Shown: positions 37,269-45,407, numbered from the stretch's first letter. The stretch is 45,407 bases of DNA from a virus (IMGVR_UViG_3300033489_000018:1-45407); one strand, 5' to 3'. The notes: generated by a model from the letters alone, not told the origin. Translations and numbers: made by a program.

Positions 37269-38847
37269 AAATCACCTTCTTGAGGTTATGAGCCCACGGG
37301 CAAAGGTGGCAAAACCGTATAATGAAGCGGTATCCCTTACCCGCGGACTCATCTCCTCAAAAATGAAGTTTGCTTCATTACGTTTTGCCATTCAAGAAGC
37401 TTAGCTCACCCCAAAAACGAAGTCAAGCAACATTACAAAATCTCAGGGAGATCTCCCCTACAAAACGGAGACGAAAAATCGAACCGCATAGATTGTACGC
37501 TTCGATGTTTCAAGCTCCTCGGATCTGCGTTGTCTTCCCAGGTTTTTTTTTTTTTCTGGGCCGTCAGCCGTGTTCTAGAACCACCCGTCGCGCCGATTTA
37601 CACCAAACTGACAAATCGTGTGAGTTGATGTAGGGAAATTGTTCCCGAGGCGGCTTGGTTGCATAGGGTGAGCGGATGTAGGTAAATGTGAACCACACCC
37701 CCTTGCATGCTATGCTTAGTATTAAGCTTTACTAGCTTTAACCTAGGAAAGCAGCAAGGAAGTGTTTGCAATCTTGAGGAAATGTAAGCATTAAGCATAA
37801 GCATTTAACCTAGTCATCCTATACATAATTAACTTACCTAGTTAATCATTATTATTAATACATGGTCAAAAACGTAACATTTGGAAAATCTGTACTATCG
37901 TGATTTAATTTTTTTACCCCTAAACCCCTAAAGTTCGCTGGGGGGTGGCCCCCGACCAATGGGTACCCCGGCTCCCCCCGGGTTTTGTCCGGCCGGGCAT
38001 TGCACGTTTCTTGCACAGTGATGAGCCTGAGGCTAGCGCGTGACGTGTGAGCAGCGTTGAACGCGGTAGCAGTGATGAACGTAGCGGCAGTGTTTGGTGT
38101 AGCAGGTGAGCACGATGAACTTATAGGCAGTGATGTCTTTTTGAGCAGCACTGTTTTAGGACATAGGGGTACCTGGGTTTTGCTGGTAGGCACGACCGGG
38201 TTTAGGCGCTACACCTACACCGACTTACTGAACGGCGATATAATAGGGGTGATAAAGCGGTTTGTGGCGTGACACATTGGTAGGAGTGGCCGTTTTGGAC
38301 AGTGGTGTGCAACGGGTTGCGCAGTGTCTGGTTACGGATGGGCAGGTGACAAAATGTCACACGATGACGATTGAAGCGGAGATACCACGCCGTGGCAATC
38401 CATTGACCGACTTAGGCAATCCATTGACGAACACCACTAGACCACTACAGGTTGTGCCAGACGGCGCGAAATACTACAGGTGGTGGTGCCTTGGAGTGGA
38501 GGGGGCGAAGAGGGGATGGCCAACCACAACGCTGACACCGAGCAATGTAACAGTGGTATTAGGTCATAGCAGTGATTGTAGATTAAAGACTACGTGCAAA
38601 GTCCACTGCACACTTTAGGGATTCTGTTCACTATAGTTTAGCGCACGTTTTTGCACAGTTGCACAGTGGTACGCAACTTTTAGCCAGGCTTTGGCCTAAA
38701 TGCCAGATTAGCGTGTAATTACGGGTACTTACGTGGTACGCAAGATTTAGCGTAAGGTGACGTTATTTGTCACCGATTTAGCGCAGTTTATTGCACAAGT
38801 TATAGGGTATTGATGGGGTATTTATGTGTTTTGGCGGGTTATTGAAT

Positions 38848-38865
38848 TTGGCACGTCTGATGCAA
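38848..38865 (+). promoter_or_regulatory. sigma54 (-24/-12) promoter at the start of the early arm
   Basis: TTGGCACGTCTGATGCAA: TGGCACG plus GC at exact GG-N10-GC spacing. Confidence 0.65.
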
Positions 38866-38876
38866 TGCATATGGGC

Positions 38877-39095
38877 ATGGACAACGCGATGAAAAAAATA
38901 GTGGACGGACGTAGCGCGAACCAGTGGGTCGACGGGTGGACGGACGTAGGGAGGCTCACTGAGGCACTGCTGGTCCGCGCGATTAGGAGCGTAGGGCGTG
39001 GCGATGCGGGTAGGATAGAGGCGACCAGGGCCCTGGAGGGAAGGCTAGCAGAAATGGTATCGTTGCGCGAGTGGCACGAGTGGCACGAGCGCTAG
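38877..39095 (+). CDS. early hypothetical protein
   Basis: First ORF after the promoter; start uncertain (38871/38877/38889). Confidence 0.55.
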   Translation: MDNAMKKIVDGRSANQWVDGWTDVGRLTEALLVRAIRSVGRGDAGRIEATRALEGRLAEMVSLREWHEWHER

Positions 39096-39105
39096 GAGGG
39101 ACATC

Positions 39106-39321
39106 ATGGACAACACAACGAGAATAACGTTGAACGATATTAGCCGTGAGGCACGAGCAGCTAGAGCGGCGGTAAAAAAGAGCCAGCCAGGGAGAGAGCT
39201 GAAGTTTGGTGCGCCGTACGTGGTAGCCAAGGGAGACCGATTGCAGCTAGTGGTCGAGTACACGTGCTTGGACGACATCGACGGCCGATTAATGGAATTA
39301 TCCTACACGGTGGCACTATGA
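39106..39321 (+). CDS. early hypothetical protein
   Basis: aggagg SD. Confidence 0.7.
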   Translation: MDNTTRITLNDISREARAARAAVKKSQPGRELKFGAPYVVAKGDRLQLVVEYTCLDDIDGRLMELSYTVAL

Positions 39322-39503
39322 TGTTGAACGAGGCCGAGAGAGCGTACATGGATGCGCGTAGGGCGTGGGCTCAGAGACAGATAGCCCACGGGGATTTGCG
39401 GATTGCGGCAGTGCGGTACTACGACGCGCGGATTGCGTACCAGATTGTTGATGAGATTGGACCAACGATTGTGGAGCGAAGGAAGGCACAAAATGATAAA
39501 TAA
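39318..39503 (+). CDS. early hypothetical protein
   Basis: ATGA overlap. Confidence 0.6.
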   Translation: MMLNEAERAYMDARRAWAQRQIAHGDLRIAAVRYYDARIAYQIVDEIGPTIVERRKAQNDK

Positions 39504-39702
39504 CGTATTACTAATAGGCAGCATTGTGGTAGCGGTATGGTTGTCGGCGATGAACGCCAACGCGCAAGAGCCGAGTGTTACAGATTGCGCGGACTTCGTG
39601 CTTTTCGCGACTGGCGATTATGAGGATTCTAGCGACCAGTGCGAGCTATCCGAGGGCTCACTCAACCCGATGGTTGCGCAGTGGCACGAGGACAATTGCT
39701 AA
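39493..39702 (+). CDS. small secreted/membrane acidic protein
   Basis: Signal-peptide-like MINNVLLIGSIVVAVWLSAMNANA. Confidence 0.6.
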   Translation: MINNVLLIGSIVVAVWLSAMNANAQEPSVTDCADFVLFATGDYEDSSDQCELSEGSLNPMVAQWHEDNC

Positions 39703-39795
39703 AATGCTGACCATAAACGATTACGAACGACAATGCCTAGAAAAGCTCGGTACTATTTATCGAGACCAGCGCATGGATCAGACAGGGGAAATAAA

Positions 39796-39981
39796 ATGGA
39801 AAAATCATCGCAACCAGTGACACTGAACGCGATCCGGTGGATTACCAATGTTCTGGTAGATGTGATCTATCAGTATGGCGGCGGTATTGACGCCAGCGCG
39901 CGAAATGACATCAACGAGGCGTTACGACTACTATCGGAGGCGGATAAAAAAATCCGTAGAGAGGGGGGAAGGGGAAAATGA
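39796..39981 (+). CDS. early hypothetical protein
   Basis: agggga SD and ATG 39796. Confidence 0.6.
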   Translation: MEKSSQPVTLNAIRWITNVLVDVIYQYGGGIDASARNDINEALRLLSEADKKIRREGGRGK

Positions 39982-40322
39982 AACCAACATTGAAACAAAC
40001 TACAGTTGCAGTAACCGAATTGCTCAACAACTACCTACCCGAGGGTGAGGCAAGGGAGCGAGCTAACAACGTTGTGCAGCCGGTATCACTAGGGGGCGGG
40101 GTAAGCTACGAGTATATTTACGCCTCACTCAGCCCTTCGCGAACTGACAACGGCATCACCGACTATCTAGCTCGGAGACAAGCGTCCTTCGAAGCTGCGA
40201 AAATCCTAATCGCGTATCAATCGCGTACGTTCAACGCGGCTTGGGTGGGAATTCAACAGCTTGGATTCTCGCGCGATGAGGCATCACAATGGCTGACAGA
40301 TCGTAGATATTACACCGAATAG
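39978..40322 (+). CDS. early hypothetical protein
   Basis: ATGA overlap. Confidence 0.7.
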   Translation: MKPTLKQTTVAVTELLNNYLPEGEARERANNVVQPVSLGGGVSYEYIYASLSPSRTDNGITDYLARRQASFEAAKILIAYQSRTFNAAWVGIQQLGFSRDEASQWLTDRRYYTE

Positions 40323-40336
40323 AAAGGATAAGTAAC

Positions 40337-40614
40337 ATGCAATCAATAACAACGAAACACCTATCACCAACTAATCAGCGCGGAAAACGCGTCAAGGCAA
40401 CCTCGTCCAGCGGGGAATACATCATTTCGAGAACCATCTACGCGCCGCGCAAGCACTGTGCCGTAAGCACAAGTGGTGCGCCGACTGTATAGCCAGTGGT
40501 ACGCGGGACGGTTTCATCTTCGTGGTGTACCGACTGTACAGCGATGATCGACCCCGCAAGGTGTGGGTCAAGGCACGGGTGCATAAGGTCGGGCGTTTTC
40601 CCGCGCGCAAATAG
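40337..40614 (+). pseudogene. frameshifted early gene
   Basis: MQSITTKHLSPTNQRGKRVKAT.. continues in the -1 frame near 40426 as FENHLRAAQALCRKHKW..DGFIFV. Confidence 0.65.
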
Positions 40615-40659
40615 CTTTTGGCTTGACACAATATTACTAATACAATAGAAGGAGAAATA
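40573..40659 (+). repeat. 87-bp promoter/RBS cassette, copy 1
   Basis: 83/87 identical to 41881-41967; contains TTGACA, TACAAT and AAGGAG. Confidence 0.92.
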
Positions 40660-40661
40660 AG

Positions 40662-41165
40662 ATGGAAAAAATCAGAACAGAGAGACAGTATCGGGTGAAG
40701 ATGAGTGATGACGGCGGATCGAGCGAGACAGAGGACACGATGATCCCGGAGGGGACCGAGTCGGAGCAGGATGCAGCGGCTCAGGACTGGGCGCGAGAAT
40801 CGGCCGAGGACTGGGCGCGAGAGGGCGAGTGGGGCGATGATGGAGCAATGGTACGCGTGTACTACACCCTATCGGATCAGTGCAGCGAGTGGCCGCGTGA
40901 TAGCGTAGATGTAGAGATCGAGCCCGCCCATGCGGAGCTAATCCGCGCCGCTGGCGGGGATACCGAGTGCGAGCACGAGTGGACATCCGAGGGTGAGGGC
41001 GGATGCGACGAGAATCCGGGAGTGTGGAGCACGGGCGGTACCGCGCTGATGATATCCGAGCATTGCGAGATCTGCGGGCTGCGCCGCACTAGGCATCTCA
41101 CCGGATCGCAGCGTAATCCCGGAGAGCACGATACCGTGGAGTACTCAGTGCCAGCCGCCAACTAA
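40662..41165 (+). CDS. highly acidic early protein with C-terminal Cys/His cluster
   Basis: D/E-rich; CEHEW..C.ENPGVW..HCEICG. Confidence 0.8.
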   Translation: MEKIRTERQYRVKMSDDGGSSETEDTMIPEGTESEQDAAAQDWARESAEDWAREGEWGDDGAMVRVYYTLSDQCSEWPRDSVDVEIEPAHAELIRAAGGDTECEHEWTSEGEGGCDENPGVWSTGGTALMISEHCEICGLRRTRHLTGSQRNPGEHDTVEYSVPAAN

Positions 41166-41180
41166 TCCCCCTACGCGCGA

Positions 41181-41202
41181 GAGCCTTGCTTCGGCGGGGC
41201 TC
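41181..41202 (+). terminator. cUUCGg tetraloop hairpin after 41165
   Basis: gagccttgc-ttcg-gcggggctc; no U-tract. Confidence 0.5.
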
Positions 41203-41263
41203 GCAACGGGTAGATGGATTCAACCGGCCGCGAGGCCAGAGGAGAAAGAAAATGGGGAAATAG

Positions 41264-41638
41264 ATGAAAAACAACGTAAAAAGAACAGAACGTGGGTGGG
41301 CAGGACATTTTATTTGCTCCAATAGATGCAGGTTTCGGCGCAACACGCTGCTGGAATACAGAGATATCAAAATCGTTGTCAGCAGCGTCGGTTTGATGGT
41401 CTCAGACGGTAGTCATTCATTCGACATGATAGGAAGCGAACGATATTACGAGACCATGGCTTTTCATGCTGACCGCGACGATACGCGCTTTTATGACATA
41501 GACGTGACGCGCGAAGTGATCTTTAAATCCCCTTGGCAGATAGGAGAAGTAGACGCCGACGATAGGGCGAACGACATGCACGAAGCTGTCGTCGCTGAAA
41601 TCAGAGAGATGATGATTGATGAAAGGATAGAAAAATGA
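41264..41638 (+). CDS. conserved-looking phage hypothetical protein
   Basis: ERGWAGHFIC..C.FRRNTLL..YYETMAF..ANDMHE. Confidence 0.8.
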   Translation: MKNNVKRTERGWAGHFICSNRCRFRRNTLLEYRDIKIVVSSVGLMVSDGSHSFDMIGSERYYETMAFHADRDDTRFYDIDVTREVIFKSPWQIGEVDADDRANDMHEAVVAEIREMMIDERIEK

Positions 41639-41880
41639 AACCAACGACGTGTGTTTCTTGTACGCTAGACACCTCAGCTCTCCAGCCGACGGCGGGACTA
41701 ATGATTGTAGATTCGTGGATAAACATACCAGGCTGGGATACAAGGACTACCGCGCTCTGGCGCAGATATCAGCGGGGAATACCGGATACACGCCAGAAGG
41801 TTTCGAAAAGAATCTCCTCACCTCGACAGCTAGCCCATGGGGATGGATTTTTGTGCTTGAATAGAAAGGTGTGTTCCGCC

Positions 41881-41967
41881 GCACGGGGGCACAAGGTTGG
41901 GCGTTTTCCCGCGCGTAAATAGCTTTTGGCTTGACACAATATTACTAATACAATAGAAGGAGAAATA
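41881..41967 (+). repeat. 87-bp promoter/RBS cassette, copy 2
   Basis: Matches 40573-40659. Confidence 0.92.
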
Positions 41968-41969
41968 GA

Positions 41970-42221
41970 ATGAAGACTGTAAAATACGCGAAGGAGTTCA
42001 CTCTCTCCGTAAAAATGAAGTGTACCAATCCGGGGACTCCCGGCAACATGGTGGGCCCACCTGAGCGATGTTATCCGCCAGAGCCAGCGGAATTCGAGGT
42101 GGAGCACGTCCACCTACTATCTGATGACGGCGCAGTGCTCGCGCATTTGCCGACAGACGTACTCGACGAAGACGATCTTGAAGCGCTAAACGAATTGGCC
42201 ATGGAAGGAGATGATTTATGA
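41970..42221 (+). CDS. small acidic early protein
   Basis: PPERCYPPEPAEFEV; acidic tail. Confidence 0.8.
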   Translation: MKTVKYAKEFTLSVKMKCTNPGTPGNMVGPPERCYPPEPAEFEVEHVHLLSDDGAVLAHLPTDVLDEDDLEALNELAMEGDDL

Positions 42222-42475
42222 GCTGCTTTAGATGCATCGATAGAAGTCCGATCGGCAAAATAATGGAAGCTTGGTTACGGGAACAGGTTGTCAACGCGCC
42301 GTCGATCGTAGATAACGACGCGCTAGCCGATTACCTTTACAGTAGGTATAAGTCGCGACTGCTAGACAAATCAAAAACACCATACGGATCATTAGAGTGG
42401 AAGTTGCACGAGGCGATCATCGACGAGGTTCCATGGCTCGACCTCGCCCAAAAAATCATAGAGGAGAGGGAGTAA
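42218..42475 (+). CDS. hypothetical protein
   Basis: aaggag SD, ATGA overlap. Confidence 0.7.
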   Translation: MSCFRCIDRSPIGKIMEAWLREQVVNAPSIVDNDALADYLYSRYKSRLLDKSKTPYGSLEWKLHEAIIDEVPWLDLAQKIIEERE

Positions 42476-42852
42476 TGGATAGGTTCAAGCGGACGAAAGC
42501 AATAGAGCGGGCAGTAAGCAAATTTCACGATCGCATGGAGCGTTACATCCGGTATTACCCGCTCACCGTAACCAAATACCACTATTTGTGTGATGCAGGT
42601 GCCGATTGGGACGCGGAGTCTTATCATTTATGCGGGGGGTATGTGCCGAACATCGACGGCATAGGCTGCAAATATGAAGATTGCGATAGATGTGATTACG
42701 ACAAACATCAAGGCATTCCAGGCGACAATGAAATCACTGGCGAGCAAGCGGTGGAGTTCATTAGAAAACAGGAAGCTGAATACATGAGGAAAGAGCGAAG
42801 ATATATATATGAAGAAAAACTACTAGAAAGGCAAAAGTTATGGGGATACTAA
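42475..42852 (+). CDS. hypothetical protein with Cys cluster
   Basis: gggag SD, TAATG overlap. Confidence 0.7.
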   Translation: MDRFKRTKAIERAVSKFHDRMERYIRYYPLTVTKYHYLCDAGADWDAESYHLCGGYVPNIDGIGCKYEDCDRCDYDKHQGIPGDNEITGEQAVEFIRKQEAEYMRKERRYIYEEKLLERQKLWGY

Positions 42853-43652
42853 AGGAAACCTACAACGAAAACTTAGCGCTGAATTTCTCTACGCTAAAGT
42901 ACTTGGAAATTAGTCCGCTAGCGTACAAACACAATCTTACTCATCCCAAGGAGCAGACTACGGCCATGGCACTCGGTACCGCTGTTCACTGTTGTGCGCT
43001 ACAGGGCCCTGACATCTACTCGCGGCGCTTTCCAGTGTGGCATGGAGATAGGAGAGGTAAAGAATACACGGCTTTCAAAGCGAGTCGGCCCGATGATGCT
43101 ATCATCCTGAAAGATACCGAAGATGCATCGGTGCGAGCAAGCGCCGAAGCCATTCATAAAAAGATCGATGTCGCGGAATATGATACCGAGCAGCCGCTAT
43201 ACTGGTCATCTAACGGCGTGCAACTGAAATCAAGGCTAGACGGTGTAGCCAAGACACGTAAGGGCATGCTGGAGCTAAAGTGTGTCTCGTTTGCATACAT
43301 GGATCCATACAAGTTCTCTTCACATGTGTTATCTATGCAGTGGCACGCTCAGCTTGCCATGTACCATGATGCCATGTTATTCAACGGCTATGATCCGTTA
43401 CCAGTGCGGCTCGTAGTGGCGGAATTCACCGCGCCATACGACGTGGTTGTTTATGACGTTCCCCAAGATGTGATCGATTGCGGTAGGAAAACCTACTTGC
43501 GGTGGATTGATGTGTATAACGAGTGTGCTCGCGCCAATAAGTGGGGTGCAGGGCGCTCGGTGGACAACGTGACGCTGCGCTTGCCTGCATATGCGTACAA
43601 CAACAACGATAAACTAGGGTTAACTATAGAAGGTGAGGAGGTTGATTTATAA
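42840..43652 (+). CDS. RecE/exonuclease VIII-like PD-(D/E)XK nuclease (DUF3799-like)
   Basis: STLK, GTAVH, EQPLYW, KSRLD, ELK, QLAMY. Confidence 0.85.
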   Translation: MGILKETYNENLALNFSTLKYLEISPLAYKHNLTHPKEQTTAMALGTAVHCCALQGPDIYSRRFPVWHGDRRGKEYTAFKASRPDDAIILKDTEDASVRASAEAIHKKIDVAEYDTEQPLYWSSNGVQLKSRLDGVAKTRKGMLELKCVSFAYMDPYKFSSHVLSMQWHAQLAMYHDAMLFNGYDPLPVRLVVAEFTAPYDVVVYDVPQDVIDCGRKTYLRWIDVYNECARANKWGAGRSVDNVTLRLPAYAYNNNDKLGLTIEGEEVDL

Positions 43653-44110
43653 TGGGACATTACAGACTGTTATTCCCATCGGATTATGTTGGAGCGTGGG
43701 ACTTGCCCGACGATAAAACGGTAACGATAGAAAAGATAAGGTTGGAGGAACTTCGTGTGATAGGCGGAAAGTCCGAGAATAAACCGATTGCCTATTTCAA
43801 GGGGGCAACAAAACGCATGGTGCTGAACAAGACTAATTGCAAAACCATTGCGGCGCTTTACGGTACGGACACGTCCGCGTGGATGGGTAAGGCTGTCACA
43901 CTATTTGCTACCACATGCAGCGGCAAGGGGGGCGATGTGGTGGAGTGCATACGAGTTAGACCATGTAAACCATCGCGCTGTCCAACGACTAAGCCAGGAA
44001 CCGATCCGGAGCGATTGAATACAGAGACATCAGCCGCTGCCGATTGCGATGGCGAATACGCTGTACTAGAAGATGAAACCATCGGCTACCAAGAAGGAGA
44101 AACAGAATGA
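43652..44110 (+). CDS. putative ssDNA-binding/recombination accessory protein
   Basis: SDYVGAWDL..LNKTN..WMGK.VTL..CIRVR with an acidic tail; coupled to the exonuclease. Confidence 0.6.
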   Translation: MGHYRLLFPSDYVGAWDLPDDKTVTIEKIRLEELRVIGGKSENKPIAYFKGATKRMVLNKTNCKTIAALYGTDTSAWMGKAVTLFATTCSGKGGDVVECIRVRPCKPSRCPTTKPGTDPERLNTETSAAADCDGEYAVLEDETIGYQEGETE

Positions 44111-44868
44111 AGATCACGAAGGAATTATTAATCAAGAACGGCGCTTGTGCGGGGCAGGTCGAGTTATTTGAGAAGGTGTTCCCCGATGGGCGCGACTGCC
44201 CCGGGGACAACGCCGCGGCGACCAAGGCGGGACTCAACGCGGCGTGGACAATGCGCAGGTTCGAACTCACCGGCTGCGTCCGCGGGTGGCACGACACCGG
44301 CCAGCTATCGAGCGAGGAGCATTACCTCAGCGGTCGGCTCAACGACATCGATGGTGTCGCCGCCGTCCGCTGGTGGCACCCCACCGGCCAGCCGAAGGCC
44401 GAGGCGCATTACCTCAACGGCCTGCTCAACGACGTGGACGGCATCGCGGCAGCGCGCGGGTGGCACGACACCGGCCAGCTATTGCGCGAGGAGCATTACA
44501 AGGACGGCCTGCTCAACGACGCAGACGGCATCGCGGCAGCGCGCGGGTGGCACGACACCGGCCAGCCGGAGTACGAGGCGTATTACCTCAACGGTAAGAC
44601 GAACGACATCGATGGTGTCGCCGCCGTCCGCGGGTGGCACGACACCGGCCAGCTATTGCGCGAGGCGCATTACCTCAACGGCCAGCGCAACGACATCGAT
44701 GGTGTCGCCGCCGTCCGCGGGTGGCACGACACCGGCCAGCCGAGTCACGAGGAGCATTACCTCAACGGCCAGCGCAACGACATCGATGGTGTCGCCGCCG
44801 TCCGCCGGTGGCACCTAGACGGCACCCCGCAGCGCGAGGAGCATTACAGGGACGGGGGGATGCAATGA
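44107..44868 (+). CDS. MORN/YwqK-like 29-aa repeat protein A
   Basis: 59-aa N-domain, 6 full repeats and 1 partial repeat (xWHxTGQxxxExHYLNGxxNDIDGVAAxR). Confidence 0.9.
   Translation: MKITKELLIKNGACAGQVELFEKVFPDGRDCPGDNAAATKAGLNAAWTMRRFELTGCVRGWHDTGQLSSEEHYLSGRLNDIDGVAAVRWWHPTGQPKAEAHYLNGLLNDVDGIAAARGWHDTGQLLREEHYKDGLLNDADGIAAARGWHDTGQPEYEAYYLNGKTNDIDGVAAVRGWHDTGQLLREAHYLNGQRNDIDGVAAVRGWHDTGQPSHEEHYLNGQRNDIDGVAAVRRWHLDGTPQREEHYRDGGMQ
44284..44865 (+). repeat. 87-bp tandem coding repeat array A
   Basis: Units start at 44284, 44371, 44458, 44545, 44632, 44719, 44806. Confidence 0.95.
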
Positions 44869-45407
44869 CCGACGAATTAAACACCCTGGACATACTCGAA
44901 ATGATCAAAAAAGCGATAAAGCTACAGAAGAAAAGCCATAAAGGAACGCGCGGGATCATAGCCGCAGCGTGTCGGCTGGTAGCGGCGGAGAATCCCGAAC
45001 TGGATGCCGAGTATCCACGTCGTGCCGCTGAAGGAGAATCACGAATCATGAAGATCACGAAGGCATTATTAATCGAGCACGGCGCGTGCAAGGAGCAAAT
45101 CGAGTTATTCGCGCGGGTGTTCCCCGACGGGCGCGACTGCCCGGCGGACAACGACGCGGCGACCAAAGCCGGGCTGGACGCGGGCTGGACAATGCGCAGG
45201 TTCGAACTCACCGGCTGCGTCCGCTCGTGGTACCCCACCGGCCAGCCGAAGGCCGAGGAGCATTACCTCAACGGCAAGCTCAACGACATCGATGGTGTCG
45301 CGGCTAAGCGCGGGTGGCACGACACCGGCCAGCCTTGGTACGAGGAGCATTACCTCAACGGCAAGCTCAACGACATCGATGGGGTCGCGGCAGTGCGCTG
45401 GTGGTAC
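44865..45407 (+). CDS. 5' part of repeat protein B (ATG 44865 in frame with ATG 45048; ends at 290)
   Basis: Open frame from 44865; MKITKALLIEHGAC.. at 45048 is paralogous to gene A; repeat units at 45225, 45312, 45399(=51), 138, 225. Confidence 0.88.
   Translation, partial: MTDELNTLDILEMIKKAIKLQKKSHKGTRGIIAAACRLVAAENPELDAEYPRRAAEGESRIMKITKALLIEHGACKEQIELFARVFPDGRDCPADNDAATKAGLDAGWTMRRFELTGCVRSWYPTGQPKAEEHYLNGKLNDIDGVAAKRGWHDTGQPWYEEHYLNGKLNDIDGVAAVRWWY
45349..45407. repeat. Terminal direct repeat, identical to 1-59
   Basis: Exact match. Confidence 0.95.

Noticed and set aside
36354-38618. ORFs 36354-36551, 36626-37243, 36991-37404, 37370-37633, 37598-37804, 37855-38193, 38057-38272, 38262-38618
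   Set aside because: Antisense to better genes or within repeat-rich regulatory DNA, with no recognisable motifs
41635-41922. Confident CDS call for 41635-41922 or 41649-41864
   Set aside because: Two overlapping frames compete and neither is clearly supported; possibly another degraded gene
44147-44818. Alternative-frame repetitive ORFs (44147-44818, 44244-44597, 31-363)
   Set aside because: Shadow frames of the GC-rich repeat genes, lacking SD and coupling
44284-45407. 87-bp repeats as a CRISPR array
   Set aside because: Units are in-frame coding repeats with no unique spacers, and no cas genes are present
44107-45407. Complete canonical DGR (TR/VR/RT/Avd)
   Set aside because: No ORF with RT motifs and no non-coding adenine-rich template; both copies are intact genes
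1-45407. Stop-codon reassignment
   Set aside because: Genes pack tightly under the standard code and end in TAA, TAG and TGA; no suppressor anticodon seen

Overview
The window looks like a complete, circularly permuted ~45.3 kb tailed phage genome of podovirus type. Bases 1-59 equal 45349-45407. The minus strand (4862-34793) carries a virion, packaging and lysis operon: large terminase, portal, GroES-like protein, scaffold, capsid, adaptor, beta-helix spikes, a P22 gp10-like hub and ejection proteins. It also carries RuvC-like, MazG-like and SleB-like genes and a tRNA-Tyr. A short plus-strand island (35037-36333) ends in an XRE-HTH gene and a degenerate tRNA-Thr. A ~1.5 kb non-coding region (37270-38870) ends in a sigma54-type promoter with upstream palindromes. 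The plus-strand early arm (38877 through the origin to 4851) has many small ORFs, a RecE-like exonuclease and two helicases. No DNA polymerase, primase, integrase or reverse transcriptase is recognisable. The most striking element is a pair of translationally coupled paralogous genes built from 87-bp (29-aa) MORN/YwqK-like repeats that vary at fixed codons while keeping the third codon base, placed between the recombination genes and a helicase. All product calls come from motif recognition by eye, not database searches.
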